DNA of 64,000 nucleotides from Marsupella aquatica (taxonomy: Eukaryota; Plantae; Marchantiophyta): assembly GCA_973895155.1 (NCBI GenBank), contig OZ316897.1, positions 13,701,375 to 13,765,374 on the forward strand, read 5' to 3'. Of the stretch, positions 38,867 to 51,049 are shown piece by piece. A program made the position numbers and the translations under genes. Each line of letters opens with the position of its first letter. Positions within the stretch are counted from its first letter, which is position 1. The notes below the pieces were generated by a model. That model did no database searches and was not told the DNA's origin. It worked only from the letters and a program-made list of their open reading frames with translations.

Positions 38867-40119
38867 GGCGCAGACTCTGAATGTATGGTAAAATCTCAAT
38901 CGAACAAAACCCCGAGTGGTGAAGGATTAACACTACAGTACCCTAACAACCTGCACTGCCAACCCTGCGCGTCTGCCACCCTTGCTCTTCAATTTCCACT
39001 CCGCGATCGAGCGAGACGGAAAGTTCAGCACAAGAAAATGAGTTCGGAGCAACACACTGGTGAAGACTCACATATACAGAGAATGCTCGTCGGTATGAGG
39101 TAGCTAACCCTCTCTCGCCTCTGCTCTGTCACGCAGAAGGACAGAAACGGGAAGGAATGATGCAGTTCTCTAGCTAGCCACCTGCGAAATGCCTATCACG
39201 AACGCCCTTTATTGTCCTAAATAACGCCCCGAAGCCCGGGAACAAGGAGGCAGAAAACGAGAGTCCCGCATTGGCTGGGCCGATCAGTAAATCGACCGCA
39301 CAAAAGCGAAACCGCTTCCACGAAAAGTCAATCAAATCAATCACCCCACAACGGCACGGAACTCCTCAGGTGCGCGCAGAACACCCCCAATGCGTTCGAT
39401 GTGCGGTCGCTCAGCTCCGGTGCGCTCTGCGTGATCGCGTCGTTCCTGGGAGACGGTGGTGGTGGCACAGCCGCTGCTGCTGCAGCTCTGCGCTCACTTT
39501 GTTACAGCCCCCGAACTTCTGTCCACGAAAATCAAAAGCTGCCTCACCAGCGCGGCACCGGCACTAGAAAAAGCAAAAAGAATCCCTCCCTCAGACGCAC
39601 TGGCAGTGTCCGCAATGCAGCAGCAAGTGCACGAGCTCACCGTGGCACCCAAGCAATCAAACCCTCCAAACAAACCACAGCCCGCCCTCGATCACCATAA
39701 ACAAACACCACAGCTCCCCCGTCGCTTGCTAATTCCACACTCACACGCTCTCAATCACGTCCCGTCCAGCCACTTATCGCAACCGCACCAGACCACAGAT
39801 CCCAGCTGGAGCAGCTTTCAACCCAAGGGACACAGAGAGAGACAGTTTCGAATCAAGTACGAGAGGAGGGGAGAAGAGGAGAGGGATCGATCAAAAAGCG
39901 AACACCATTAAAGAAGACAGAAGCAGGAGGAGGAGGAGGAGGAGTGTGGAGATGGAGATGGAGGTGAATGGAGCCGCGTAATAGTAGTAGTAGTAGTAGA
40001 AAGCGGAGTAGTCGAGAGATTCTGAGGGGCAATAATAAAGTGCTCTGAAGAAACGGAGGGCGGGGCGCGGTGCAGCAGAGGGGGTCAGAGGTGTCAGTCC
40101 GGATGGCGCCGGACGAGGG

Positions 40120-40390
40120 AGACGACCTATTCTAGTCAAGACCAGGACAAGCGCGACCTAGTAGTGTAGACTGCAGAAGCGAGGCTACAGACGTTCTAGG
40201 AGGGAGCGGGGTCAGCAACACGGCCTAGGCCGAGGAGTGGGGGCCAGTAGGCCGGACCCGATAAACGACCTATTCTAGGACATAGGATGAGGAGGGAGTC
40301 CTATTGTAGTAGTGTTACTGGTGTGTGATATTTATATGGGTGAGGATACGTTCTAGTAGGGAGCGGGGTCAGAAGGAGGGTCTAGGCCGT
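40120..40390. repeat. Degenerate ~150-bp duplication upstream of ADT
   Basis: ACGACCTATTCTAG...ACGTTCTAG...GGGAGCGGGGTCAG...CTAGGCCG occurs twice (~40122 and ~40266). Confidence 0.65.
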
Positions 40391-41489
40391 GGAAAGGGGG
40401 CCGGGTGGGGAGGAACTTGCTCTGAAGGGCCAGGCAGGCGAGGCCGGGACGGATGAGGAAGGGGAGCAGACACGCATGTCAAAGAGCGAAATGACAGAGG
40501 GACAGTCAAGGCTTGGGAGGGGAATAGGGACTTATCGGGGTTTCGCACTGGACCGGATCGTCCCGCAGTCTCGTCGTCGCTGCTGACCCAAAGTAGGGTT
40601 CGTTTGTCAGGAGAAACATGGCGTTTCGCAGGGGAAGCTGGACAGAACGGGACTGGAACGAACCAGACCGGATCCTCGTCCTTCGATCCGCCGACCCTGA
40701 GATCCGCTCCTCCGTCTTGAACCAAAGTGGTTGGTTCGTTGGGTTGGTGGGTCAACAGGGACATGTCAAGGTTTAGCCCGGGACGGGACGGGACGGCAAG
40801 GGAAGGGAGGGGACGGGAGTGCAAGACGGGATCCTCCCCCCCTGTTGAACGAATAATTTGTTGGCTGGGTTAGTTTGTTGGCTCGTGGAGGACCGCCGTG
40901 CTTTACATCGGAGGGGTGCCTGGATCGGCTTCGGTAATACGCATTGAGTTTGGTAGCACATGGTGAGGGGAACCGATTGTGGTGTGAACAGAGGCTCATG
41001 ATTGCTTTAATTATTAAGTGTAACACTAGTTTTTCTCGTTTTCTGTGCAAACGCTGTAGCTTATTGATCTTCGGTTGCATAGAGTCATAGAAAGGCCCAT
41101 CATATTTTTCCTAGACTCAAATGAGTGTGCCAGTTTCAGGCTAAACCTAGGCTTCTAGGCTTGAGACAAAGGGAGGGGCTGGTGTGAGGAACTCAATCAA
41201 TGAGACCGCAACCAAAATCGGCCTAAACTCCAGCCCCACAAAAGTTTGAAGTAACCAATAGTTTAGACCAGCTCTATACTTCGGCCACAGCCATTGATAT
41301 TCCAACTGCCGTGTAGGCTGCGACGGTATCTTCTGTTTAATAGATAGTCTCTAAGTCAAATTTCCTTGGAAACCTCAATAAATGCAATTCCTTTCAGGTA
41401 CTTTAATCAATACTTCATTATTTTTAGTGCAAACCTAACTACCACTATGGTAGCTATTTGAAGACCACAAAAAAGTTTTATGCGTGAAG

Positions 41490-41950
41490 TTGGCTAATGG
41501 GGTGTGAATTGGCTAATAGTCCTGGTTAGTAGTCTCCCTATGGGTCTCTCCTTACATATGAATCTGGCTAAATCTGGCTAATTGACGACTAAAAGATAAA
41601 AGTGGTCAATACTTGAGTCGTGGCTAGATAGGAAACTGGACTACTAGTCTCTGGTTAGGAATCTCTCTATTGGGTCTCTGGCTAGATATGCAACTGGCTA
41701 ATTAGGGACAAAAAGACAAAAGTGACAAATACTTGAATCGTGTCAATGGGTCTGTGGTTACATGGGAGACTGGGCTAGTAGTCTCTGGTTAGATGTCTCC
41801 ATATTGGGTCTCTGGCTAGATAGGAAAGTGGGTAATTTAGGGTAATTGAAAACAAAAAGATAAAAGTGATGAATACTTTGAGTCACGCTAATGGGGTCGC
41901 TGGCTCGATAAGAAACTGGCTAATTGAAGGTAAACGTGACGAATACTTTT
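41490..41950. repeat. Degenerate tandem array (~120-145 bp units rich in CTGG(C/T)TAG)
   Basis: AAAAGA(T/C)AAAAGTG...AATACTT recurs at ~41591, 41711 and 41855, with a partial copy at ~41932. Confidence 0.75.
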
Positions 41951-42697
41951 AAGTGACATTGAATTTGTGTATTTTTCGACATTAAAAAAAGCTGAGACTG
42001 GGTCCGGTGGCTAAACACCGATTGGCCCGCATTCAAGAGTACACGGCCGGGTGTAACGCGAGCATTACGCACGCATTGTTATAATAAGAGGTACACAAGG
42101 TATGCCCAGTCGCAGTGGGCAACGTCGTCGAACCGCGGGCGGACTGGACGGCTTTAATTAACGGCGACGTCCTGTACCATACCATGCGCAAGTCATACCA
42201 TATGCGATGCAATTTAGCACGTGTTCCAGGTTTTTGAGCTTCCGTAGCAATCGTCGCGCAGCCCTTGGACACAGACTACAGTCACCCCTCCATAATTCTT
42301 TAGTTCCTGTTTTTTCAGAAATTACTGGTCCGATGAACGACTCCTATGAACCTTGCCACCCGGATGGACCTCAGATAAACCTGACGTGTACTCAGATAGC
42401 ACTGTCTTTGTATACAACGACTACAGGTATCAGATTCTCCTATACGAGAGGGAAACCCCCCCCCCCCCCAATTTTTCAATAGAGGAGAGGGACCCCCCTT
42501 CCCCTTCTCCGTGGAAAATACTAGAATTTAGTTTTGGTGAATTTAGTTTATTTATTTATTTATTTATTTAGTTTTTTTTGTTTTTGGAGATCAGTGGTGA
42601 ATTTAGTATTCCTCTCCATGCCAGGCTTTATCTTAGAGCCATGTGTGGCTTCCTAAGTCTTGAGGTGACTATCTGCTACATTGGTGAAAGCAATGAC

Positions 42698-42877
42698 CAT
42701 ATTAGGGAGTCTCAAAACTAGTTGAGAAGTAGTCACCCATGTGAAAGTATGTTAGTCCATCAAAAGCTATGGACCGCCTAAATGGCAGTCGATAACTGTT
42801 ACCAACTTTCGTTAACAGCTTTCAATGGGGGCAGAGGATGACTGCCAAACCGTATGTATGTTTGAGATGCCCTATTG
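42698..42877. mobile_element. ~180-bp MITE of the AGGGC(A/G)TCTCAAA TIR family
   Basis: ATTAGGGAGTCTCAAAAC ... GTTTGAGATGCCCTATTG inverted termini, matching those at 10912 and ~50076. Confidence 0.45.
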
Positions 42878-44902
42878 ACATGCCACAACGTACCATGTAC
42901 TCCGTTAGAAAACTTCTACAGTAGTGGTTAAATCTAATGTGCAACGTTTTGTTACTTCAATTCAGCCATCTCCCTGTTGTTTGGCTTGGTCCCTATTCCA
43001 AAAACATTTAAATTTAAGAATTGTATTATATCCTCTCACTTCTGCTCACAATTCCACGTTGTCTCACAACGTTTTGTACCTGGGCTACAGGGTGCTGTAC
43101 TGTAGGCATACCTAGTATACAATCATTCTATTGGAAGAGTTATTGGAAATTCAACAATATTGTGAAAATGAATCCCTGGTGTAGTGGTATCTTTGCTTTC
43201 CTGGTATACATCAAAACCCAAGCATGTATTTTGCCACGTGGCATGTGCCCACAGGTTGGATTCACTTTCCATATCATGATTAACCCAATAATTCATTCAC
43301 GGGGTGTTGTTCCTTGTAATGTGTGGCTGCTACTTTTTGGTGTGCAATTACCGCGACCATGTTGTTAGAACGTGTGCTATATTACTTAATTCACAATAGC
43401 TACTATCTTAGCATCCTATGACAACTGCACTATGACATATATTCCATATACTGTGACCATCTTGATGAGTCATAGGCGTGCCAACTTCCTGGTATTCCAG
43501 ATGATCCACGATGCCCTTCTCCAACCTTCACCATTAATTCTAGCCCTCCTATGACCTAGCCTTCACCTGGCCCCCTGTTATTTCCTATGTACTAATAAGG
43601 GTTTATTTTTTCAAGTAAGGGCAAAACCCTGCCATAGCCATGCAACTGGCTGTACTAAGGGCCTTGTCTTTTATAAAAGGTAGGATTCTGCACTTGAGGG
43701 AGCAATTAGGGTTACTCGTCCTCAGACATGTTTCATTTTTTTTTTGCCTAAAGCAAAAAATGGCTCACTACTGGTTGTGCAGTTGCATGCTTATTCGGGT
43801 GGGCTTTCCCCTCCTCCTCCTCGCAGCGCACCTGCTCCCCCCCCAACACACACACACACGCGAGAAATCACACGCCAATCAAAGTCAGCTTTTTCTGTTT
43901 TCTCTTGGATAGTGTTTGTATATATATTTATTTATTTATCTATGTATGGAGGAGGAAGTTGTGTGTGGTCTAAAAATTTTTGCATGTATTTCTTGGGTTC
44001 TATTTTATTTTCTGTGTGTTGGAAGAGGGGGTGGGGGGCGGGTCGGAGGAGAGTATTTTTGTAGTAATCATGCATCCATGCAGGAGGAAGTTGATGAGTG
44101 GTCTAAAATTTGCATGTGTTTTTTGGGTTTTGTTTTTTGTGTGTTGATAGCGGGGTGGGCCGATCGGACCAGAATACTTTTTAGTCAACTGGGCAAGCGG
44201 CATAAATGGTAAATAGACTAGTACCGTAGTTGAAGGAGGTGCCAAATATACCATCTCTTGTAAACTAGATTCACCGTTAGACCTTGTACACACGGTCAAA
44301 TCTGGCCTATCAGAACTTGGAGAATACTCAGTAGCTATCCAAAAGTCTTTCTATGATTAGCAACGATCGTCACTGTTTGCCTTTTTGGCAAAAAAAATTC
44401 CAAATAAAATTATCGGTGGGAGGTTGGGAAAGGGATTGGGTCTATGGATGGAGGCCAATGTATTTTCTAGCGGCAAAAAATAGCTAGATTCCACCTCTCT
44501 ATAGAATATTCGCCACTCTGGACAAAAAGTTGCTCGATTTTCTGTACTCCATTAGCTAGTTTCACACGTGGACACGTACCCAATGGACCAGAATCTAACC
44601 GTCAAAATTTAATCTAGAAAATTTAAATATGGAGTATTATGTCCATAATAACTAGGTGACACTGCAAAAAGTGAGAAAACCCTGAAAATTAAGCTGACGG
44701 GCCAGCAGAATGAGGTCTCATGTGATAGCTATATTTTTAGTATCTCCATCACAAGAGGTGACGTTAAGCACTAGCAAAAACTATATACAATGTTGGAGGG
44801 ATATAGAAGGGAATAAGGGGGGTTTGGGGTTTATGGGTTGGAATAAAAATGAGTTGAGTATATTTAAATTGATTCTGTTTTTACCAGAGAGACATGGTTG
44901 TT

Positions 44903-45040
44903 TGGTAGCTCAGTTGAATAGTGACTCATAGATCTTGGGTTCAAATGTTATGAGTGACTTCCCTTGTTGTGGAGTCTCACAGATTTCCCCTCAAATGTTA
45001 TGACTGACTTCCCTTTTTGTGGAGTCTCACAAATTTCCCC
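44903..45040 (+). mobile_element. Possible tRNA-derived SINE remnant followed by a 50-bp tandem duplication
   Basis: A-box-like TAGCTCAGTTG (~44905) and B-box-like GGTTCAAAT (~44938); 44941-44990 repeated at 44991-45040. Confidence 0.35.
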
Positions 45041-45469
45041 TTAAAATTACAACAAAACCTGAAGTTCCCAGTTTGGGGGGCATTATAAAAATTGGTAGTG
45101 TTTATTGCCACAAGCATGTCATTACCTTTAAATATTTACGATCACGATTTGCTTAGTAATGAATGTGTAAGGTATTAGTGTCTCCATGTAACGTAATGCC
45201 TACATCTGCTTTTTGCATTTTGCCCAAAGACCACCCATACCCAACTCAGTCAAATGTTTAATATGGGGGACATTCTCTGTCCTTAAGTGCAAATTGCATA
45301 CACAAAATCCTTCAGTTTTGAGGTAGTTTTGAGGTTTGGGAAGACTCTAGGCTTCACTTCATTCACCAATTTATGGGCCCACTAATGACAAAAAGTATCA
45401 GTAAATTGCAAGCAAAACACAAGGATTAATGGGTTTAGGCTTAAAAATACCCTAAACAGTGCCTTTTTT

Positions 45470-45790
45470 CAGCAAAAGCATTTTTTGCTCACCCCATGTC
45501 GTGCAGGTGGGGGTTAATGGCCAAGAGTGGTTATTTTCAAAGACATTATGGAGATAATATTCAGATAACATGTAGCATTTTTCACCAAGAATATGTTTTG
45601 CTAACCCATGCTGTTTGGGCGGGGGCAAATGGTCAACACTGGTGGTTTTTGAAGACATTGTGGACATTATCTTCAGGTGGTAATTAGCATTTTTTCAGCA
45701 AAAGTAGCTTGCTCACCCATGCCATTTGGGCAGGCTAGGGGTGAATGGCTGACATTGGTGGGTTTGGAAGATACTGTGGACATTGTATTC
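45470..45790. repeat. Three degenerate ~100-115 bp tandem units
   Basis: AGCATTTTT...GCT.ACCC.ATG...AATGG...GAAGA(C/T)A(T/C)TGTGGACATT recurs three times. Confidence 0.65.
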
Positions 45791-47539
45791 AGGTCACACT
45801 TATAGTGTTTGCAGCAAGTAGTTATTACCAAAAGGGGCCTCAAAAAATCTTTTGGGAGGAAATTGCCAAAACAAGAAATGATGTTTATGAAACAGAAGAC
45901 TTTCATGTGAATGTCTTCACTATACTTGTAGTTTGGGCGGCGAGGAAATGAGGCGCTTGTCCCATTCAATGCCATTCACCGCCTGTAGTTTGACCTTTGT
46001 GCAGTCACATCAAAACCGGGCACTGTTGACAAAGTGTGGTCCTAGTATGCCTGAATCTTGATTTAGGAGAACATCTACAAGAATCAGGGAAAAAGGTAGC
46101 CAGGGGGCTGATCAAAGTTTTTCTTTCTGGGCGTCCCCCAAGCATATTGCTCTACAATACTGCCAGCATATAATAAGTTTTTGTCTGTATATGGTTGTTT
46201 GCCTTAGTTACATGTGGTAAACTTGACATTTATATATCAAACCATCATATATTTGTGAAGAAGAAAACATGATAATATTGTCAATTCGAATCTTATTATA
46301 AAAGCGCCAACTGAGGTCTACTTTTAAGAGCCTAGGTCGTCTCTAGACCATAACTCTATGGTCATCATGTGCATGGGAGAAATTTATGACATGACTATAA
46401 TGTATGTACATACCAATTTTTGTTGATAATTTCTATAGGCACTATAGCCCCACCACAACATAGGTGCGTAGAAGATGGATGTGTATTAAAAAAAGAGTCA
46501 TGTGCATAAAAGAGAATGGTATAATATATATAATTATTAAAATGATGATTTTTTTATCATTTCATTAATCTTCAAAAAATATGAATAAAAAATACATTTT
46601 GATAATTTTTTAATTGTACTCTCTGCTATTTACGTTCAAAGAACTAGTAGGCGGAGCTAATCTCTTTAATGGCAAAGCGGGTCAAAGTTGTGTAAACTAA
46701 AAAACCCTAAGAGTATGCTGATTGGGGCCAGTAGGGCGAGCAGAATGAAGTCTTGTGAAATTGCTATTTAATATTATCGAGTTCTCGCTAACTGCCAAAC
46801 ATCATTATCTGGAGCCAGTTTATAGTTAATATTCTCGAGGCAAGCTCCATAACCTTTAGTTTGTGATAGGCTACTCAAAATGTCAACATGTATTAACATT
46901 GAGGACACACCTAATTTTCTTTGAGGACGTTGTATGATTGCACGTGTTAGTTAATTGCACCAAGGTCAAACATCCCCTATAGTGACAACCATATGTATGC
47001 TTAACTATTAACAATGGTGGCGGCAAGGGGTAATTATTTGTTTCCTTGGTGTGCACAAAGCGTGGCTGCAGAATCAGGGTGTGGCCTTGGAGTGTGAAGT
47101 GCACGAGGTCCCTTTTAGTCAAACGATAGCAAAGGGTTTTAATGAGGAATGTCCTCGTGCAGCCAGCGCCCACCTCCTTCTAGGTAGGTCGGGGATGGTG
47201 GGTCCATCTTGAGCCCCACTTAAGAGAGTACAAGGCAATTATGTATATGTTTATGATTTCCAGGTACTCCTTAATTAATGGAGTATTTTGGTGACAGTAT
47301 GTCCACCTGCAGGAGACTTTACTCCTTCCTTTTCATCTCAATGGCAAAACCAGAGGCTGCCAAAAGAAATTGCACCATCATTTTGCTTGAGAATATCAAC
47401 CCTTGCAGCTGCTGGAAGACCCTACGAGCCATTTGGTGGAGGTTCATCTGTAGACTATTTTCGTCATTTTGACTAAGAATGGAGACCCCAAATATTATGC
47501 CACAACAGCTCATTGTTAGCCGTCTGAACAGGGAGTCCT

Positions 47540-47896
47540 GAAAGTTCTTGCCGGAAGACTCTCACTTCCAACGCATTCTTGACCAGGGTGGCAGCAATCC
47601 CAGTGTGGTTATTGCTTTAGTGGGCTACAAATAGTCTGGATAGTTTATGTAAGTTTAAAGGACTGAGCATGACCATTGGATTTGAAGAGCTCCTTGGTAA
47701 AGAGTGTGTAAGGCTTCTTACTAAGTTTTTCGAGGAAGTCCGCAAGAAGAACCGTAATCTGTATCCATCACAAACGCTGATGGGGCTCTACAGAGAATTT
47801 CACCACATTCTCAGGAAGAATCAAGAAAAGAGAGTTATTGAGTCTCTTATTGAGTCTCGTGTTGAGTCAGGTACAGGGGCCGAAGCTCGTTTTTGA
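47540..47896 (+). mobile_element. Crypton/DUF3504-like (ZMYM/QRICH1-type) tyrosine-recombinase transposon N-terminal remnant
   Basis: From 47621: WATNSLDSLCKFKGLSMTIGFEELLGKECVRLLTKFFEEVRKKNRNLYPSQTLMGLYREFHHILRK. This fits the WA.N...L.KF..EVRK.(D/N)G..YP..TL..L pattern found N-terminal to DUF3504. Catalytic domain not seen. Confidence 0.6.
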
Positions 47897-49556
47897 CATG
47901 TGATTGTCCCCTTTGTTAACCTGTTGTTGTTACTTATATATTGGCTATGACTAGACTTTTCAGTTTGGTGCTCAATAGGACTTTAGCTCTTTGACCATTG
48001 GAATTGTTGGATGTCATATCATTATAAATGTAGTATAGGATATCGGACTATGTAGGTTTGAGGCTTTCATATGTGTGTTGTCTAAGTGTTTTAGGGTTAG
48101 TGTATGTTTGTGAGGGATAGTTATCCTTCTGTCTTGGTTCAAAGGTCTCATCTTTTGATGTTGAGCCTTTTGAGCACAAGTTCTAGCGGCTATGGTGTGA
48201 ATGTCTAGGTTGTGTGTACGTAACATGGATTCCTTGAGGTGCAAGGTGCATTTAACTTGACATAAGTGTGTGATAGTGCTGAGCAAGATTGTGTGTTTGA
48301 TTGACATCAATCGCTGTTTGAGTGCTCTTGAAAATTATTGTGGGTTCCAGACATGCGTGGAAAGGAGTTCCACTTGTACTTCATTCTCTTATATTTGTGA
48401 TGTTGGGTTGTGACTATGCTTAGATATGTGTGACAAACAATGTATATTGTGTAGCGATGTGTATGCGCACGACACCAATCATGAAAAACATTGACTGCAA
48501 ATGGATGATAAAAGTTGAAAATATTCTCATTGGCTGCCTACCTGCATTTCTGTTTACACTAAGGAGATCTTCCCTACTTATATTTTAAATCTCCGGCCTG
48601 ATCTCCAGTAGTTCCATATCTGCAAATTACTCGAAGTGCTCCTTGTAACAGTTACACTCTCTAAAAACAGGGTTCCATAGAGGCACTCCCACAAATTAAA
48701 ATCTCTAGTGGCTTTGCAATTGCAAAATTACTGAGAGCTCTCCTTGTAACAAGAGCAATGCTCTTAGAAAATAGTATTTGGTCAACATAGTACTTAAATT
48801 AGTTTAGAGGAAACTCAGTAATTGTATTCAATTTTGGGGGTGACTCAGTAAAATTGGGAAAATGGGTGTGTCCAATCCTTGCCTGCGTTTGTTGATTGGC
48901 ATGCGAGTGCTGTATCCTGTGCATCAATTATTTGGCAATAAAAGTAAAGAGTGTGTGGAAATCAAAAGCAAAAAACTGTTGCTACACTTCTTAGTTTCAA
49001 AAAATTAAAAATTAAAAAGTTGCTACAACAAATAGTGGCCAGGGAAGGTACAGTTTAGGACCCACATGGCCACATTTGAACCACTTTTTTGTTCTAACAC
49101 TCAGAGAGTCGGGTCTAGAGGCTTCACTCTAGAGTGTATGATACAAAGTGTAGTTTATGATTGCAATGTTATAGTTAAGATACACTGAAAATATGGGGCA
49201 CAGATTGATACACTATAGAGCATATGGGAGGGTGAAGAAGTTGACCCAAATAGCCCAAGGTGAAAGCGACAGTCCTTAAATCTTCTTGTGGCCAATCAAC
49301 TTGCTCGTGACCAACCGACTCTTTGGTCACGGGCCTGGTTTGTCTGTTTTGGAATCGAGTGTCAAACTTGTTCAATTTCCAAGCTTGACTAAAACTAATC
49401 CACTTTTCTCATAGTGACACAAAAAACAATAATCCACAACTTGAATCTCCCAAAAAACGCTTGCCAAAAGGTGATCCCATAACTGAGCCTCAATTCTGCA
49501 GTGTTACCCTTACCATTCCCCTACTATTGTGTCTTCTTTCCTTTAAGTACAATAGA

Positions 49557-50087
49557 CTTAAGGTATCTCAAAGTGGCCCTAAGAAAAAGTTATGGGACAC
49601 CAGTTGTGCCCATAAAACACCGTATGACCATACTTTACGGGCCACTGGTTGCAGGGGGGGTATGCATTGACCCGTGCCATAAGGGATGAGTTATGGGTAC
49701 CCCCGCTCAGAATAAGTGCTTTTGGCCATCCCTGTCGGACGAGCCCAAGCCTATTACCTCAACAAACAGTCACGATAGCATTCTAATAGTGCATAGTGAC
49801 TGGCATGTCATTTCTGTCCCTGGATGACTCTATGTTGTGATGATGTGTATTCAAAGTACTTTGGAAACGTTGGGTAGACAAAAAGACAAAAACGTACACG
49901 GTGTTCGCACTTCATGTTACGCCTCAGAGTTAATGTTACGGATCTCGGTCAGTGGCCGCAACACTTTCTTATGGAAGCCTATTTTGGCCTCCTGCAACTT
50001 TTATGGCCATTCCCATAACTCAGTCCGTACGGCCAACTTATAACTTGTTACGACCGTGCTTTGAGACGCCCTAGTGACGCCCTAGTG
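49557..50087. mobile_element. ~520-bp non-autonomous CACTA-like element
   Basis: Right end TTTGAGACGCCCTAGTG (reverse complement CACTAGGGCGTCTCAAA); degenerate left end TAAGGTATCTCAAAG; many TTATGG/CCATAA subterminal motifs. Confidence 0.55.
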
Positions 50088-50348
50088 TAGCTGTACTACT
50101 ACTGTAGAAAGATATCTAAATGATTAGCGCAATTGTTTTGCCCGATTATGAAGCTTCCTCTAGATTGATTCTACTTTTCAGGGCAGCAGAAGTATCGTCA
50201 ATCACAACCAATCATTCAATTTCAAAGCTCCTGACACAAACATGGATCCCTCAGTATTGACTCTTAAGGTAACTGCAGTCCCTCTTCCATCCCAAAGAAA
50301 TGCTGTTTCACAAAAGAAAAGATGAAAACTGAGACGGTCCATTCCCGA

Positions 50349-50816
50349 AGTTTCTAGCGCTTTCAATGAAACAGAAATCCTCAGTCTTGCTTCTAGCCGC
50401 ACTTGAAAAGCATTCTGACTCCTGATACAAGGTTTCCAGCACTTTCGTTGTAACTGTATCCTTGCTCTTTAATTCTTCTCGTCACACACTTCAACATTCT
50501 CTTGACACTCTACCGATTTTTAAGCACTTTCATTGAAACAGTAGTCCTCGCTCTTTGACTCTTCTCGTCGCACAACTCAGCATTCTCCTTCTACTGCCAA
50601 GTTTTCGGCACTTTCATTGAAACAATAATCTTCTGTCGCTCTTCTTTCCCGTCACATGCTTAGCATAAATTCTCCTGATATAAAGTTTCCAGCACTTTCA
50701 TTGAAACAAAATCCTCATTCTTTCTTCTCGCCACACGGCTCTTTGAACATCTTCCAAATACAAGGTTTCCAGCATTTCATTGAAACTGGGATCCTCACTC
50801 TTTTTCTCGCCACACA
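50349..50816. repeat. Six-unit tandem repeat (80-85 bp period) with core GTTTCCAGCACTTTCATTGAAAC
   Basis: Core at ~50349, 50432, 50517, 50601, 50685 and 50765; intervening parts share TCCTC...TTCTCG(T/C)CACAC. Confidence 0.9.
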
Positions 50817-51049
50817 TGTAAGCAAAATCTACTGAAATTGGATGACTCCCATCCAATTTCTGAACCCTTCACTCTTCAATCTTGGAGTTATTGTGTGGGC
50901 ATCACATGGAATGATGCAACTGACCCATGAAACTTGTATAAACAGACACTGCTGTCATCTGCAATTGAAGGGGGAAATGAGCAGAGCGGAAACAAGGAAA
51001 GAGGAGAGAAACGCAGACTGAGCTTTGAGCATCTCATTGGCTGGTGCCG

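Noticed and set aside
39271-39911. Overlapping plus-strand ORFs of 98-151 aa
   Set aside because: GC-rich antisense of the putative ADT leader and intron; low-complexity products with no motifs.
44903-44950. Intact tRNA gene
   Set aside because: A/B-box spacing is too short and no acceptor or anticodon stems are present.
50349-50816. CRISPR array
   Set aside because: Spacers are mutually homologous, repeats are variable, there are no cas genes, and the context is a spliceosomal-intron eukaryotic locus.
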